Below, in pieces: positions 63,153 through 64,000 of a DNA stretch of 64,000 nucleotides (positions within the stretch are counted from its first letter, which is position 1; every line of letters begins with the position of its first letter). The stretch comes from Basidiobolus meristosporus CBS 931.73 (lineage: Eukaryota; Fungi; Basidiobolomycota), in contig MCFE01000383.1 of NCBI GenBank assembly GCA_002104905.1, forward strand, positions 19,891-83,890, in the 5' to 3' direction. The notes under the pieces are model-generated. The model had not been told where the DNA came from, ran no database searches, and worked only from the letters and a program-made list of their open reading frames with translations. The position numbers were made by a program, and so were the translations under genes.

Positions 63153-63680
63153 TTAGGGGGGAGGAAAGTCACCAAGTGGTGAAATCTTTATTTACTTATG
63201 ACAAGTATCTAAAGAAGCCAAGTTAATCTGAAGTTATTCCTAGAAAGCTAGGTCTGAGAGATATCTTCCTGGTAAGCCAGGTCTGAGAGTTGAGAAGCTG
63301 AGTGGTACTATATTTCCTAGTTAGCTAGGTCTGAGAGAGGTTTCCTGGAAAGCCAGGCCTGAGAAGTGAGAATCTGAATATATATGAGCTAAGTTATACT
63401 GGTTTGCGGTAGCTGAATTGTGGCCGGAATGGCCAGTAGACTGGGGGAACTGAGATGAATTTCTGGGCGATCACTGGCCAAATTTACTAGGCAAATCTGG
63501 CCAAGTAGCATTTCAAGGATTTCAGCCAATCAGAGCCTTTACTTTGCCCGATGGTTGATCAAGCCATCTCCCAATGAGCACACATCAATTTATTAATCAA
63601 ATTTTGCTGGATCCAGGATTTGAACCCACAACCATGGGTATGGAAGGGTTAGGGATAACCACAAGGCTAAGTGTTCTTGG
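63153..63680 (-). ncRNA. Module B copy 3 (528 bp)
   Basis: Near-identical to copy 2; A-box 63659-63669, B-box 63616-63626. Confidence 0.75.
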
Positions 63681-63699
63681 TTAGGGTTAGGGGTTAGGG
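63681..63699 (+). repeat. Short interstitial telomere tract (TTAGGG TTAGGGG TTAGGG)
   Basis: Direct reading, between B3 and B4. Confidence 0.95.
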
Positions 63700-63798
63700 T
63701 TAGGGGGATGAAAGTCACCAAGTGGTGAAATCTTTATTTACTTATGACAAGTATCTAAAGAAGCCAAGTTAATCTGAAGTTATTCCTAGAAAGCTAGG
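63700..63798 (-). mobile_element. Module B copy 4, only the 3'-terminal ~99 bp
   Basis: Matches B3 up to AAAGCTAGG, then switches into telomere repeats. Confidence 0.9.
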
Positions 63799-64000
63799 GT
63801 TAGGGTTAGGGTTAGGGTTAGGGTTAGGGTTAGGGTTAGGGTTAGGGTTAGGGTTAGGGTTAGGGTTAGGGTTAGGGTTAGGGTTAGGGTTAGGGTTAGG
63901 GTTAGGGTTAGGGTTAGGGTTAGGGTTAGGGTTAGGGTTAGGGTTAGGGTTAGGGTTAGGGTTAGGGTTAGGGTTAGGGTTAGGGTTAGGGTTAGGGTTA
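63795..64000 (+). repeat. Telomere (TTAGGG)n, about 34 perfect repeats, running to the window end
   Basis: Uninterrupted TTAGGG array with the G-rich strand running 5' to 3' toward the end. Confidence 0.99.

Noticed and set aside
62816-63175. 119-aa Leu-rich minus-strand ORF crossing the B3/A junction
   Set aside because: Off-frame reading of module A starting at a non-ATG codon in the hairpin; the adjacent frame is the protein-like one.

Overview
This is the last 64 kb of a eukaryotic chromosome arm, ending in a (TTAGGG)n telomere at about 63795-64000. Short spliceosomal introns, PA/Fn3 subtilases and the other genes point to a fungus. An early-diverging lineage (for example Zoopagomycota) is my guess, not demonstrated. 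The window has four zones. (1) 1-15.4 kb is a CpG-depleted graveyard of nested Ty1/copia elements, a PIF/Harbinger-IS5-type transposase and CACTA relics. (2) 16-27.8 kb holds a tandem cluster of three secreted S8 subtilases (two frameshifted) plus a scrambled relic. (3) 29.8-52.7 kb is a CpG-normal gene island: C2-domain class 3 lipase, a catalytically dead IS630/Tc1-derived protein, an MFS transporter, a 7TM-like protein with two GC-AG introns, a secreted gulonolactone-oxidase-like flavoprotein, an MDR oxidoreductase, tRNA-Leu(CAG) and two small secreted Cys-rich paralogs. (4) 56.1-63.8 kb is the main discovery candidate, a head-to-tail train of co-oriented (minus-strand) modules joined by 1-3 telomere repeats. 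Three unrelated module types end in the same 3' signal (AATAAAGATT-TCACC/loop/GGTGA hairpin-C tract-TAA): a LINE-type reverse transcriptase with no endonuclease, an ORF1/gag-like module, and a 528-bp non-coding module. The non-coding module has a tRNA-type A/B-box head containing a telomerase-template-like CCCTAACCCT, followed by covarying hairpins. This looks like a segmented, telomere-primed retroelement system alternating with telomerase. All calls come from reading the sequence by eye; no database searches were run.
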